A DNA stretch of 64,000 bases from Gammaproteobacteria bacterium. Lineage in GTDB: Bacteria; Pseudomonadota; Gammaproteobacteria; UBA4575. A program made the position numbers and the translations under genes. Position 1 is the stretch's first letter; each line of letters starts with the position of its first letter. The DNA is taken from positions 1,882,964-1,946,963 of the forward strand of contig OZ252002.1 of NCBI GenBank assembly GCA_965247265.1, in the 5' to 3' direction. Of this stretch, positions 30,650-40,684 are shown piece by piece. The notes under the pieces were generated by a model. The model saw only the letters and a program-made list of their open reading frames with translations, made no database searches and had not been told where the DNA came from.

Positions 30650-31306
30650 ATGGATGTTAAAACTTTAATATGTTTCTGCAAATATCCGAACCCTGGATTT
30701 GTGAAATCTCGTCTATCTAAAGATGTTGGCAATTTACAAGCATCAAATATATATAAAATAATTTTAGAACATACTATACAGAATATTTGCACTAATGAAT
30801 TTAAGGTCGAGTTGTATTGTTACCCAAATACAGAACATTCTTTTTTTAATTACCTAAAAGATAAATATAAAGTAAGTTTACATTGTCAGGTTGGAGATGA
30901 CTTAGGAATACGCATGTGTAACGCGTTTAATGAGTGCCTTAAAAATAACTTAAAGGTTGTGTTAATTGGTTCGGATTGTGTTGAACTTACCAGTGCATAT
31001 ATCGCTAATGCATTTCAGGAACTTGGAAATGGCAGTAATATTGTACTTGGGCCTACCTATGATGGCGGTTATGCGTTAATAGGCCTTTATCAAGTAGATA
31101 AATCCTTGTTTAAAAATATATCTTGGAGCACAGATAAGGTATTAGAACAAACAAAAGAATGTATTATACATAACAATTGGTCTTGTACGTTTCTACACAA
31201 AATACGTGATATCGATACAATTTCAGACTATAGGTATTTTTGCAGTCACAAAACATATTCTCATTTATTTTCAAGTATCAAAAAGGAAAATAATTTAGCC
31301 TGCTAG
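30650..31306 (+). CDS. DUF2064 protein (rSAM/selenodomain-associated transferase 1 type)
   Basis: About 218 aa. ICFCKYPNPGFVKSRL...VLIGSDCVELT...LGPTYDGGYALIG matches the DUF2064 nucleotidyltransferase-like pattern. The start was chosen at the MDVKTL methionine. Confidence 0.65.
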   Translation: MDVKTLICFCKYPNPGFVKSRLSKDVGNLQASNIYKIILEHTIQNICTNEFKVELYCYPNTEHSFFNYLKDKYKVSLHCQVGDDLGIRMCNAFNECLKNNLKVVLIGSDCVELTSAYIANAFQELGNGSNIVLGPTYDGGYALIGLYQVDKSLFKNISWSTDKVLEQTKECIIHNNWSCTFLHKIRDIDTISDYRYFCSHKTYSHLFSSIKKENNLAC

Positions 31307-32293
31307 CGCTACATCGCTACTATCCGAAACAAAATTAGCGGCTTCGTTAATTATTTCCAATCCAGCATTCTTTTTATAAACGTTTTCACTCAAATATCTA
31401 CGCCATGCTTTTGCGCCAGGCTTGCCGCTGAACAATCCAAAAAGGTGACGCACAAATGTTTTTAAAGGAACTCCATTCTCTAATTGCCGCTGCACATACT
31501 CTTTGTACAAATTTAGTACTTGATCTCTTGATAATTGATCACTAGGACTATCAAATATAAGTGCGTCTACATCTGCTAAAAAAAACGGATTATCATAAAT
31601 CTCTCTACCAACCATTACTCCATCTAAATAATTTAAATGATTTTGAATTTCATTCATGTCATCAATTCCGCCATTGATTATAATTTTTAAAGTCGGATAT
31701 TCTTCTTTAAGTCTATACACGTAATCATAACGAAGAGGTGGAATAGTTCGATTTTCCTTTGGGCTCAATCCCGACAAATAGGCTTTTCTAGCATGTACTA
31801 TTATGGTCTTGCAGCCTGCCCTAGCTATTATTTCTACAAACCTACTCAAGGTTTCGTATTCGTCTTGATCATCTACACCAATGCGAGTTTTTACTGTTAC
31901 ATCAATATCGGCGGTATTGGAAATGGCTTTTATACAGTCTGCAACAATCGTTGGTTCTAGCATTAAACATGCACCAAACTTTCCCGACTGAACTCTTTCA
32001 CTTGGACAGCCAACATTGATATTTACTTCATCAAAACTGAAATCGCTTGCAAACTCTGCACATTTTCCCATCTCAATAGGATTGCTTCCCCCTAACTGCA
32101 ATGCAATGGGATGCTCACATGCTTCAAATTGTAGCGTGCGATCACGATCACCATAGATTAACGCGCCTGTAGTAATCATTTCTGTATATAGCATGCTGTG
32201 TTTCGTTAAGAGTCTAGCTAAATAACGAAAGTGACGATCTGTACAACGCAACATGGGCGCGATACAAAATTGGTGTGCATTATGTGATTGCAT
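31295..32293 (-). CDS. dusA: tRNA-dihydrouridine synthase A
   Basis: 332 aa. PMLRCTDRHFRYL, GGSNP, NINVGCP and the Dus TIM-barrel/FMN motifs. Confidence 0.9.
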   Translation of the reverse strand: MQSHNAHQFCIAPMLRCTDRHFRYLARLLTKHSMLYTEMITTGALIYGDRDRTLQFEACEHPIALQLGGSNPIEMGKCAEFASDFSFDEVNINVGCPSERVQSGKFGACLMLEPTIVADCIKAISNTADIDVTVKTRIGVDDQDEYETLSRFVEIIARAGCKTIIVHARKAYLSGLSPKENRTIPPLRYDYVYRLKEEYPTLKIIINGGIDDMNEIQNHLNYLDGVMVGREIYDNPFFLADVDALIFDSPSDQLSRDQVLNLYKEYVQRQLENGVPLKTFVRHLFGLFSGKPGAKAWRRYLSENVYKKNAGLEIINEAANFVSDSSDVALAG

Positions 32294-32338
32294 TAAAAAT
32301 TCTTCAGCAGGAGATAATCATAAACAAATTATTTACTA

Positions 32339-33733
32339 TTAAGTCGAATATTGCTGTTGCAAGTATTCGACAACAGCTCGCAATCCCATTGCCTCACCAC
32401 CTTTTTGCCTACCCGATCTTGTGCGCGTGTTCCAAGCCATTACATCAAAATGAACCCAGCGCATTGTTTCAGGCACAAACTCTTTAAGAAACAAGGCAGC
32501 TGTAATTGAACCACCAAAACCGCTTGTAGCGCAGTTTGAAATGTCTGCAATATCACTATTCAGCATATAGCGATATGGTTTATGTAGCGGTAGTTGCCAA
32601 ATTGGATCATTTGCAATTTTTGAAGCTGAATTGAGTCCATCTGCAACAGATTCATCATTGGTAAAAAATGCCGGAATTTCAGTTCCTAGTGCAACCCGTG
32701 CTGCACCTGTAAGTGTTGCGAAATCGATGATTAAATCTGGCGTATCTTCAGAAGCCCTGGTGATTGCATCACATAAAATCAAGCGACCTTCAGCATCAGT
32801 ATTATCAATCTCAATTGTTTTAGCGCTTCTTGATGTTAAAACATCGCCCGGTCTGTACGCATTCCCTGAAATGGCATTTTCGACCGTTGGAATTAGTACG
32901 TGAAGATGAATTGGCAAATTCAAGTCCATTATTGCTGAGGCGAGGCCCAAAGCATGTGCAGCACCTCCCATATCTTTTTTCATCAACCGCATTCCTTGCG
33001 AAGATTTAATATCTAAACCCCCGCTATCAAATGAAACACCCTTGCCTATCAACGCAATTTTTGGATGGTTTGGTTTTCCCCATTTCCATTGAATTAATCG
33101 TGGCGGATGAATACTTGCACGTCCTACTGCATGTACAACAGGATAGTTTTCTTTTAGAAGGTCTTCGCCTATACATATTTCTAATTTTACTTGATGTTGC
33201 TGTGCTAATGTTTCGCATTGCTCGTGTATATGTTGAGGTTGCATATCTGATGCAGGTGTATTCACTAAATCACGGACTAAAGTAATAGCCTTAAGTAAAG
33301 TTACTACGAAATCTTTGTTACTTGCTCTATCTATTGATAGTCTACAAAGCTTGCTTTTAGCCTTTTTATATTGCTGAAATTTATATGCTCCCATTCCCCA
33401 ACCAATAAGATATGAATCGATATCAGAACTTTCAGTAAGTGATGAAATGTGATAGTCCCCTTCTGGAAGCGAACCAGGACAATTTCCTAACGCCCATATT
33501 GAATTTTCATGCTCTGAAATTGCCAGTACACTACCCAACTTTCCTTGCGCATTTGGAATGCATAAGTGATGATTAGACTTAGGTTCAAAACCTGAGGACT
33601 GTAACCAGTTTTGTAATAATTCTGATTGTTCGCGCAACCATTTTTTATAGTCAGCTCGAGATATGATTTTAATCGGTGTACTTTTTGCACTAATCCCTTC
33701 ATAAAAATTTTGCATCACTTCAGTGCTAGCCAT
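32339..33733 (-). CDS. M17 leucyl aminopeptidase family protein
   Basis: 464 aa. NTDAEGRL signature and surrounding metal ligands. Confidence 0.85.
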   Translation of the reverse strand: MASTEVMQNFYEGISAKSTPIKIISRADYKKWLREQSELLQNWLQSSGFEPKSNHHLCIPNAQGKLGSVLAISEHENSIWALGNCPGSLPEGDYHISSLTESSDIDSYLIGWGMGAYKFQQYKKAKSKLCRLSIDRASNKDFVVTLLKAITLVRDLVNTPASDMQPQHIHEQCETLAQQHQVKLEICIGEDLLKENYPVVHAVGRASIHPPRLIQWKWGKPNHPKIALIGKGVSFDSGGLDIKSSQGMRLMKKDMGGAAHALGLASAIMDLNLPIHLHVLIPTVENAISGNAYRPGDVLTSRSAKTIEIDNTDAEGRLILCDAITRASEDTPDLIIDFATLTGAARVALGTEIPAFFTNDESVADGLNSASKIANDPIWQLPLHKPYRYMLNSDIADISNCATSGFGGSITAALFLKEFVPETMRWVHFDVMAWNTRTRSGRQKGGEAMGLRAVVEYLQQQYST

Positions 33734-33793
33734 TAAGTTCCTCGCAAACGTCTAAAAGAAATATAAAAATAATTATAGTAACAATATTTAATT

Positions 33794-34708
33794 ATGACTG
33801 AGCATGCCATATCCATTAGCGGGCTTTGTAAAACCTATCGTAATCAGGTCAAAGCATTGGACAATATCGATCTACAGGTAATAAACGGAGATTTTTTTGC
33901 CCTACTGGGGCCTAATGGGGCTGGAAAATCCACGCTAATTGGCATAATAACATCTTTAATTAATAAGACCGCAGGAAAAGTACATGTAATAGGGTTTGAT
34001 ATCGACACCCACTTTTCCCAGGCTAAAAACAATATTGGTTTGGTACCGCAAGAATTTAATTTCAATAATTTTGAGCCGTTACTTGAGATAGTAAAAAATC
34101 AGGCTGGCTATTTTGGATTAAGCAGCTCTAACGCTAAAGAAGCAGCAGAACATTGTCTAGAAAAATTAGGCTTATGGGAAAAACGTAAAGAAACGCCAAG
34201 AGAGCTATCAGGTGGCATGAAACGCAGGCTCATGATTGCACGCGCGCTGGTGCATAACCCAAATTTACTAATTTTAGACGAACCAACCGCAGGGGTTGAT
34301 ATTGAGATTAGGCGATCTGTGTGGGAGTTAATGCAAAAATTCAACGATGAAGGGAAAACAATTATTCTAACCACACATTACCTTGAAGAGGCTGAACGTC
34401 TTTGTAGAAATATTGCAATCATTGATCAAGGTAAAATAATTGTAGACACATCCATGCGAGAGCTTTTAGATAAACTAATAGAAGAAAGCTTTATTTTATA
34501 CTTGCAGCACCCGCTTAAAAAACATTTAGATCTTGCCAATTATAACCATAAAGTCGTAGACAAAAAAACAATTGAAGTAACACTGTCTAACAATAAAACA
34601 TTATATGAATTATTTAATGACTTGAACCAGCAAGGGATAATGGTTTTAAGTATAAAAAATAAATCAAATCGATTAGAAGAATTATTTCTCAAGCTCACAA
34701 GAAGTTAA
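33794..34708 (+). CDS. ABC-2 type exporter ATP-binding protein
   Basis: 304 aa. Walker A GPNGAGKST, signature LSGGMKRR, Walker B ILDEPT. Confidence 0.9.
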   Translation: MTEHAISISGLCKTYRNQVKALDNIDLQVINGDFFALLGPNGAGKSTLIGIITSLINKTAGKVHVIGFDIDTHFSQAKNNIGLVPQEFNFNNFEPLLEIVKNQAGYFGLSSSNAKEAAEHCLEKLGLWEKRKETPRELSGGMKRRLMIARALVHNPNLLILDEPTAGVDIEIRRSVWELMQKFNDEGKTIILTTHYLEEAERLCRNIAIIDQGKIIVDTSMRELLDKLIEESFILYLQHPLKKHLDLANYNHKVVDKKTIEVTLSNNKTLYELFNDLNQQGIMVLSIKNKSNRLEELFLKLTRS

Positions 34709-34721
34709 AGTTATTTTCGCT

Positions 34722-35495
34722 ATGACATTTACTAAGCAACTTGTCTCACTACAAACTATTGTAATTAAAGAGGTGCTTCGATTTTCTCGAATTTGGATTC
34801 AAACCATTCTACCGTCTGCGATTACTGTTTCGCTTTACTTCGTAATTATGGGCACTTTTATTGGCTCACAAATTAATGATATAGATGGTTATTCCTATAT
34901 AGAGTTTATTGCGCCAGGGCTTATCATGATGGGAATAATTACGAATTCATACGCCAACGCAGTTTCATCATTTTACAGTTCTAAGTTTCAACGCCATATT
35001 GAAGAGATGCTTGTGTCTCCTATGCCTAATTACATCATAATACTTGGCTTTATGCTTGGCGGCATTGCGCGAGGCATCACTGTGGGAATTGTGGTGACGT
35101 TTGTCTCTTTTTTATTTACGGACCTACAAATTCATAGTTTAAGCATTGTATTATTAACTTCTACACTAACAGCTGCCCTATTCTCACTCGCTGGAATCAT
35201 AAATGGCATCTATGCTAAAAGTTTTGACGATATTTCAATCATACCTACTTTCGTATTAACGCCTTTAACATACCTTGGAGGGATATTTTTCAGCATTGAA
35301 ATGTTGCCAGAATTTTGGCAAAAGGTTTCCTTGGCTAACCCAATTTTATATATGATCAATAGCTTCAGGAGGGGATTACTGGGTGTGTCAGATGTTAGTT
35401 TTGCCACATCAATATCTGTAATTCTTGCATTTTTAACTGTGCTATTTTTGTTATGTCTTTATTTGCTAAATAAAGGAATTGGCATACGTAACTAG
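34722..35495 (+). CDS. ABC-2 type exporter permease
   Basis: 257 aa with six predicted TM segments. Directly downstream of the ATPase. Confidence 0.85.
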   Translation: MTFTKQLVSLQTIVIKEVLRFSRIWIQTILPSAITVSLYFVIMGTFIGSQINDIDGYSYIEFIAPGLIMMGIITNSYANAVSSFYSSKFQRHIEEMLVSPMPNYIIILGFMLGGIARGITVGIVVTFVSFLFTDLQIHSLSIVLLTSTLTAALFSLAGIINGIYAKSFDDISIIPTFVLTPLTYLGGIFFSIEMLPEFWQKVSLANPILYMINSFRRGLLGVSDVSFATSISVILAFLTVLFLLCLYLLNKGIGIRN

Positions 35496-35502
35496 TTGGT
35501 TA

Positions 35503-36795
35503 CTATTTGCTATTTGCAGCAGCAGGTCCACGTACAATTGTATCTTCCAACACGACTACATTATTATCTGTCGTATCATTAACATCGGGCGTTCCGTTTA
35601 ATAACGCAGATGTATCCATGTGAAATAACATTTTGTATGGTCCAAATGCTAGCTTATCACCATCTTTGAGAACGCATTTCTTTATTCGCTTACCGTTTAC
35701 AAATGTTCCATTCGTACTGATAAGATCGCTTATGAAGTAATTATTTTGAAATCGAAGAATTTTTGCGTGATGACCACTAACCATATCATCTTGCAGAAAT
35801 ATATCATTTGTTTCAATTCTGCCAATTGTAGTGATGTCATCAGATATAAAATACTCACTAACACTTTCATCATTCATAACATCTACTAACTTAGCTGTAG
35901 GATTAAAATCTATTGCTGTTGTTGGTTTGCCTTTTAAAGACTGTATTCCTATTCGTTCTTCATAAGGAACCCACTGTAATTCACTCACTGCTTCCATAAT
36001 AATATTTTCATTTACCACGGTTTTTTCTTCGACAAATGCGCAGATGAGCGCGGTATCACAAAGTGTATTGATAAGTCGTGGTATTCCACCTGTATAGCGA
36101 TGTATTGCGGGAATACAGTCACTGTTGATTAGTGAATATTTGGCATCAAATACACTCTTTTTCTTTTGCAGCCCTGCAATTTCAAGTCTGTGGTTAATGT
36201 AATGATCAATATCATCTTTATCAAGGGCAGACAAGTGGAACCTAAAACGAATACGCTGCACAAGTTGTTCCATACCTGGCGCATCAAGTAAATTTTTTAA
36301 TTCGAGCTGCCCCACAAGTATTAGATTAAGAATTCTTTCCTGTTCTGTCTCCATCCCTGTAAGCATGCGTAATTCTTCCAACACACGTTTACTTAAATTC
36401 TGCGCCTCATCAATGATTAATATGACTTGACGCCCATGTGCATATTGTTCAACTAAAAATTTATTAAGAATACTGATGAGTTCTACCTTACCTGCATTAA
36501 ACGCTTCTAAGCCTAATTCAAGCAAAATAGCTTGGAAAAATTCAATTTCATTTAGCTGAGTTTGATAAATACGTGCAATGAGGACATCCTCATTCACACT
36601 ACGTAATAATTGTTGAATGAGCGTTGTTTTACCAGAACCTATTTCCCCAGTAATGACTACAAAACCATCACGATTCCATACGGTATACTCCATATAAGAT
36701 TTCGCACGCGCATGCGCTTTGCTTAGATACAGAAAATCTGCATCGGGCGTCAGCTGAAATGGCTGCTGCTCCAACCCAAAATGTTGTAAGTACAT
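35503..36795 (-). CDS. ExeA/GspA-like AAA ATPase fused to a C-terminal FHA domain
   Basis: 430 aa. N-terminal MYLQHFGLEQQPF...GEIGSGKTTL (ExeA-type P-loop). The C-terminal TIGRIETNDIFLQDDMVSGHHAKI...SDLISTNGTFVNGKRI is a canonical FHA fold signature. Confidence 0.65.
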   Translation of the reverse strand: MYLQHFGLEQQPFQLTPDADFLYLSKAHARAKSYMEYTVWNRDGFVVITGEIGSGKTTLIQQLLRSVNEDVLIARIYQTQLNEIEFFQAILLELGLEAFNAGKVELISILNKFLVEQYAHGRQVILIIDEAQNLSKRVLEELRMLTGMETEQERILNLILVGQLELKNLLDAPGMEQLVQRIRFRFHLSALDKDDIDHYINHRLEIAGLQKKKSVFDAKYSLINSDCIPAIHRYTGGIPRLINTLCDTALICAFVEEKTVVNENIIMEAVSELQWVPYEERIGIQSLKGKPTTAIDFNPTAKLVDVMNDESVSEYFISDDITTIGRIETNDIFLQDDMVSGHHAKILRFQNNYFISDLISTNGTFVNGKRIKKCVLKDGDKLAFGPYKMLFHMDTSALLNGTPDVNDTTDNNVVVLEDTIVRGPAAANSK

Positions 36796-37023
36796 CCTTA
36801 ATTACGACTCTTATATCGAGATCTAATTCTAGCTTTTTTAAGTTTCACTACTATTTATATGAAGATTATAAGGTTTTTATGGATTGATCTAGGCGATGCA
36901 ATTCACAGAATTCTCAAAAATGTGTATCTACCCGCCTCTCAGATAATGACTTATGAACCAGATAACGGTTAGCCAATTGCAAAATCCCTATAGTTAGTCT
37001 AAGGATTTCTTAGGAGTATTGCT

Positions 37024-37179
37024 ATGGATAAGCAACCCGAAGAGCTATATGAGGACAAAGTAAATGCGGGCCGTGGTGTCGCTAAAGACCTAGATACCGA
37101 GTCCAATTCAATTAATTTGGATGATAAATCCGCAGAAAACGACCGTCCTGATGATCGAGCTCGAAAAGCTGGTTACTGA
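37024..37179 (+). CDS. possible small acidic protein (51 aa)
   Basis: MDKQPEELYEDKVNAGRGVAKDLDTESNSINLDDKSAENDRPDDRARKAGY in an otherwise empty 400-bp gap. Below the length cutoff of the ORF track. No other support. Confidence 0.2.
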   Translation: MDKQPEELYEDKVNAGRGVAKDLDTESNSINLDDKSAENDRPDDRARKAGY

Positions 37180-37192
37180 ATTAAATAACGCT

Positions 37193-38551
37193 TTAAACAG
37201 CTAATCGCTCAATATTCATTTTCATACCAAATTTAGGCCGCATTGTTGTTGCAGCGTGTGGCTCTATTTTATGGCCTGGAGTGAGGCTTAGCCTATATCG
37301 CTGAGCTATCAGCGCGACGATCAGCTTGCTTTGCATAATTGCCAGATAAGAACCAATACAACTTCTATGCCCCGCCCCAAAGGGCAGATATGCAAATCGC
37401 GACCTCCCTACAGAGCGATCTTTTGTAAACCGGTCTGGATCAAACTCATATGGATTTTCCCAGTATTCAGGAAGCCGGTGAGTTGCATAAAAAGAGATAG
37501 TAACTGTCACACCTTTTGGCACGGTATATCCACCTACAGTATTTTTTACTAAAGCAACGCGAGACACAGAGTGAATAGATGAATAGAGACGCAAAGACTC
37601 TCTTATAACATTTTCAGTGTAATTTAATTTGTTTAGCAACTCTGCTGTTGGAATTTTTTTGCCTAACACATTATCTACTTCTTGATACACGCGTTGTCTA
37701 ATTTCAGGATGCTGATCAAGTGCATACATTGTCCAACATAAAGAAGTTGCCGTAGTTTCAAAAGCCGCAACAAATAATGTCAACATTTGATCTCTGTAAG
37801 CACGTTTGTTTTTCTTTATTGATTTTCTAGCATTGCCATCATTTATTAAATGCTTTAAAAACCCTACATCTTGTTCAATGATGCCTGGATAGTCATCTAA
37901 TAAATCGTATACACTTGAATTTAGTTGTTTTAATGCACGTCGAAAATTAAGTTCCCTTTTTATATTCTTTGTTTTGAAGAAATTGCTTTTTGTGTCAGTC
38001 ATTTCTGGCCAGTTCAATCGAATTTGATTATAGATATTAAAAATATCCGCGGCTCGAGATTCGTATCCACGTCCCATTACCCAAACACCTGCGAGTAATT
38101 GAGTTAACAGATTGAATTGATATTCGAGCTCAAGAGGTTTATCGCTCTCAACATTAGTATCCCAGTTATCAATAAACGATTTTGCTAAATCCGCAATCCA
38201 GTCTACTTGAGGCTGTAATGATTTTGCTGTGAATTTTGGTTGAGCATGCATGCGTTGTTGTTTCCAAATGTCCAATTCGCTTAACAACATGCCCTCACCC
38301 AGTACCATACGTATTTGTTTATAATGTGTACTTTTACGGTAATGATCTGAATTGTCGACAAGCAATTCTTTTATGAACTTTGGCTCTGTTACTAAATAGA
38401 AACTGTAGGAGCCCATATTAACGCAAGCTATTCCACCATATTCTTTTGCAACATCTTCAAGAAATTGCATGGGATTTCGACGCATATCAGGCAGGCAACC
38501 TGTACTGCCATCACCTTTGGGCCCGGGCGGCATAATTAAATCTTGCATCAA
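37193..38551 (-). CDS. Cytochrome P450
   Basis: 452 aa. Haem-thiolate signature FGAGHRSCIG, ExxR (ESLR) and the I-helix AAFETTA. Confidence 0.9.
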   Translation of the reverse strand: MMQDLIMPPGPKGDGSTGCLPDMRRNPMQFLEDVAKEYGGIACVNMGSYSFYLVTEPKFIKELLVDNSDHYRKSTHYKQIRMVLGEGMLLSELDIWKQQRMHAQPKFTAKSLQPQVDWIADLAKSFIDNWDTNVESDKPLELEYQFNLLTQLLAGVWVMGRGYESRAADIFNIYNQIRLNWPEMTDTKSNFFKTKNIKRELNFRRALKQLNSSVYDLLDDYPGIIEQDVGFLKHLINDGNARKSIKKNKRAYRDQMLTLFVAAFETTATSLCWTMYALDQHPEIRQRVYQEVDNVLGKKIPTAELLNKLNYTENVIRESLRLYSSIHSVSRVALVKNTVGGYTVPKGVTVTISFYATHRLPEYWENPYEFDPDRFTKDRSVGRSRFAYLPFGAGHRSCIGSYLAIMQSKLIVALIAQRYRLSLTPGHKIEPHAATTMRPKFGMKMNIERLAV

Positions 38552-38575
38552 ACTAGAAATGTATAGTGATTTCTA

Positions 38576-39004
38576 TTAATGACTCGCGCCTTGCTGGCAA
38601 GACTCATTATCACAGATGCCATAAATTATTAGAGAATGATCGGAGATACGAAAGCCATTTTCATTAGCAATTTCTTTCTGCCTAGTTTCAATTGATTCGT
38701 CAAAAAACTCAACAATTTTTCCACACTTTACACATATAAGATGATCATGGTGTTTTCCTCGTTCCAGCTCAAATACTGCTTGACCTGTTTCAAAATGATG
38801 ACGGATTACCAAACCCGCACCCTCAAATTGTGTAAGCACCCTATAAATTGTTGCTAATCCAATTTCTTCACCTGCATCAAGTAAAACGCGGTAAATATCT
38901 TCTGCACTTAAATGTCTTTTAGCAGAATTCTCTAAAATTTCTAATATTTTCATACGAGGCAACGTGACTTTAAGCCCTGCTCTTTTTAAATCCTGATTTT
39001 CCAA
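38576..39004 (-). CDS. fur: Fur-family metalloregulator
   Basis: 142 aa. HHDHLICVKCGKIVEF metal site and an N-terminal winged helix. Confidence 0.8.
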   Translation of the reverse strand: MENQDLKRAGLKVTLPRMKILEILENSAKRHLSAEDIYRVLLDAGEEIGLATIYRVLTQFEGAGLVIRHHFETGQAVFELERGKHHDHLICVKCGKIVEFFDESIETRQKEIANENGFRISDHSLIIYGICDNESCQQGASH

Positions 39005-39021
39005 TGAAATGCCTATCTAAT

Positions 39022-39420
39022 TTAATAATCGTAATAATTTTTTTGCTTTGAATATTCGAGGCTTCTAACCAAGCCTTTTACGGCTTGCTCATATGTATGG
39101 CTCGTATTGGCAAAGCAATTGTCACGTAACCATGTTTCTAAATCAGATACAGATTTTTTATGAACAATGCTATATGTATCTTCCGAATTATAATTATGTG
39201 CTGTGATATAGCCTGATAACCAAGTTCGATAATACGCTCGTCCCTCGTAATCTGCATCTATATAACTGATGCAAGAGTCTTTACCAATGCCCGATACTAA
39301 ATATCGCCCTGCCATATCAGCTGCAAATAGCCATCCTGAAATAACAAGGCATAATAAGAAAACACCAAATATTTTTGTTTTAAAAAATAATAGTGGTGAA
39401 AATTTAGACATGGTACGCAT
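39022..39420 (-). CDS. hypothetical membrane-anchored protein
   Basis: Likely start at MRTMSKFSPLLFF (39420), since the longer ORF would run through an upstream terminator hairpin. One TM helix. No recognisable domain. Confidence 0.35.
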   Translation of the reverse strand: MRTMSKFSPLLFFKTKIFGVFLLCLVISGWLFAADMAGRYLVSGIGKDSCISYIDADYEGRAYYRTWLSGYITAHNYNSEDTYSIVHKKSVSDLETWLRDNCFANTSHTYEQAVKGLVRSLEYSKQKNYYDY

Positions 39421-39472
39421 TATTTTAAAGACCGAAATTAAAATTCGGAATGTAGTGTACCCATGAAAAATA

Positions 39473-39505
39473 AAACCCGCCACGGCGGGCGGGTTTATAT
39501 ATGCC
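39473..39505 (-). terminator. Rho-independent terminator (minus-strand sense)
   Basis: aaacccgcc-acggcg-ggcgggttt, a 9-bp stem, followed on the minus strand by tttatttttt. Confidence 0.5.
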
Positions 39506-39952
39506 TTTCTTTGCGTGAAAACTTTAGCGTTTATACGTTTTAATTGATGACCCAACTAGAGGAGAAAGGGCTGCTAAATATTCTCTACACTAGGCTGATG
39601 GTTACTAGAAGTATTTTATATAGTTATTGCTCCTTCTGGATTCTCTTACTCGCCTCTCAACGTTTCAGAGATCTTTGAAACCACCAGACGCTAAATTACC
39701 ACACCTATTTACAAAGAGGTACATTAAAAATGAAGTTAAGTTACTTGATGTATAAATAGATTTTCCGTTTATAATAAAAATTATCATAATATCAATTATT
39801 TATATCATTTATATAATTTTAAATATATTTAAACTATGTATAGTATTGAATTTAATATAGAATTAGTCTGCACATAAAAATTGCTCAAATACTATACAAA
39901 CCAGCGGTGATATAAATTTTAAGACGTTCTAAAAACAAATTATTAATTAACG

Positions 39953-40448
39953 TTAGATGACCTGCCAGCCTCCACCAAGTGCTTTATATAACTGTACAAC
40001 AGAGTTGATATATTGCTGTAGCACATCGGATTCAGCCAGCTCAGCATTAAATAACGTTCTCTCTGTATCAAGAACTTCTAAATAATCTACAAATCCGCTG
40101 TCATAACGTGCGCGGGAGAGGCGTGCAGCATTGTGCGCCGCTTTAACCTGTCTGGCGCGTGCAGCATGTTCATTTTTATAGGTGCGTATTGCAACGAGTG
40201 CGTCTTCCACATCACGCAATGAGCGTTGAAATGTTTGCTTTTGAACTACTTCCAATTACTAATTTTTCACCTTGATTTAAGGTAAATACAAATCCAATTA
40301 TAGACCCGCCAACAACAGCAAAAACGCCATGTCTTTGAACATCAACATCACGTAGTATTGTGGTTGATGGATTTCCCAGCCAGGGCTTCTTCTTGGGTGG
40401 ACGAACGATGCTGCTGTTAATATCCATATAGTCTAGTCCTAATTTCAT
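39953..40448 (-). pseudogene. NodT/OprM-family outer-membrane efflux factor remnant (C-terminal ~100 aa plus a short N-terminal piece)
   Basis: ORF 39953-40255 matches the C-terminus of the family (...RYDSGFVDYLEVLDTERTLFNAELAESDVLQQYINSVVQLYKALGGGW). The ~350 aa in between are missing, and no RND pump or adaptor genes are adjacent. Confidence 0.55.
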
Positions 40449-40684
40449 TAATCCATACGATATGCAAGGTATACAGTTATTATCTAGTTACCAACCTTCG
40501 AGTATTTTACAGTATCCATTCTCTAATTGAGAAACTATTGGCTGCCAATTAGATTAAAAAATTTGTAAGCTCATCTAGTATTTTGCTAACTATGTGATGT
40601 TTATCTCACTGGCCTAATATTTTATAAAAACTAATCTATGCGCATTGTTACTTATATTTTATTTCTACATACCACACTGTATTT

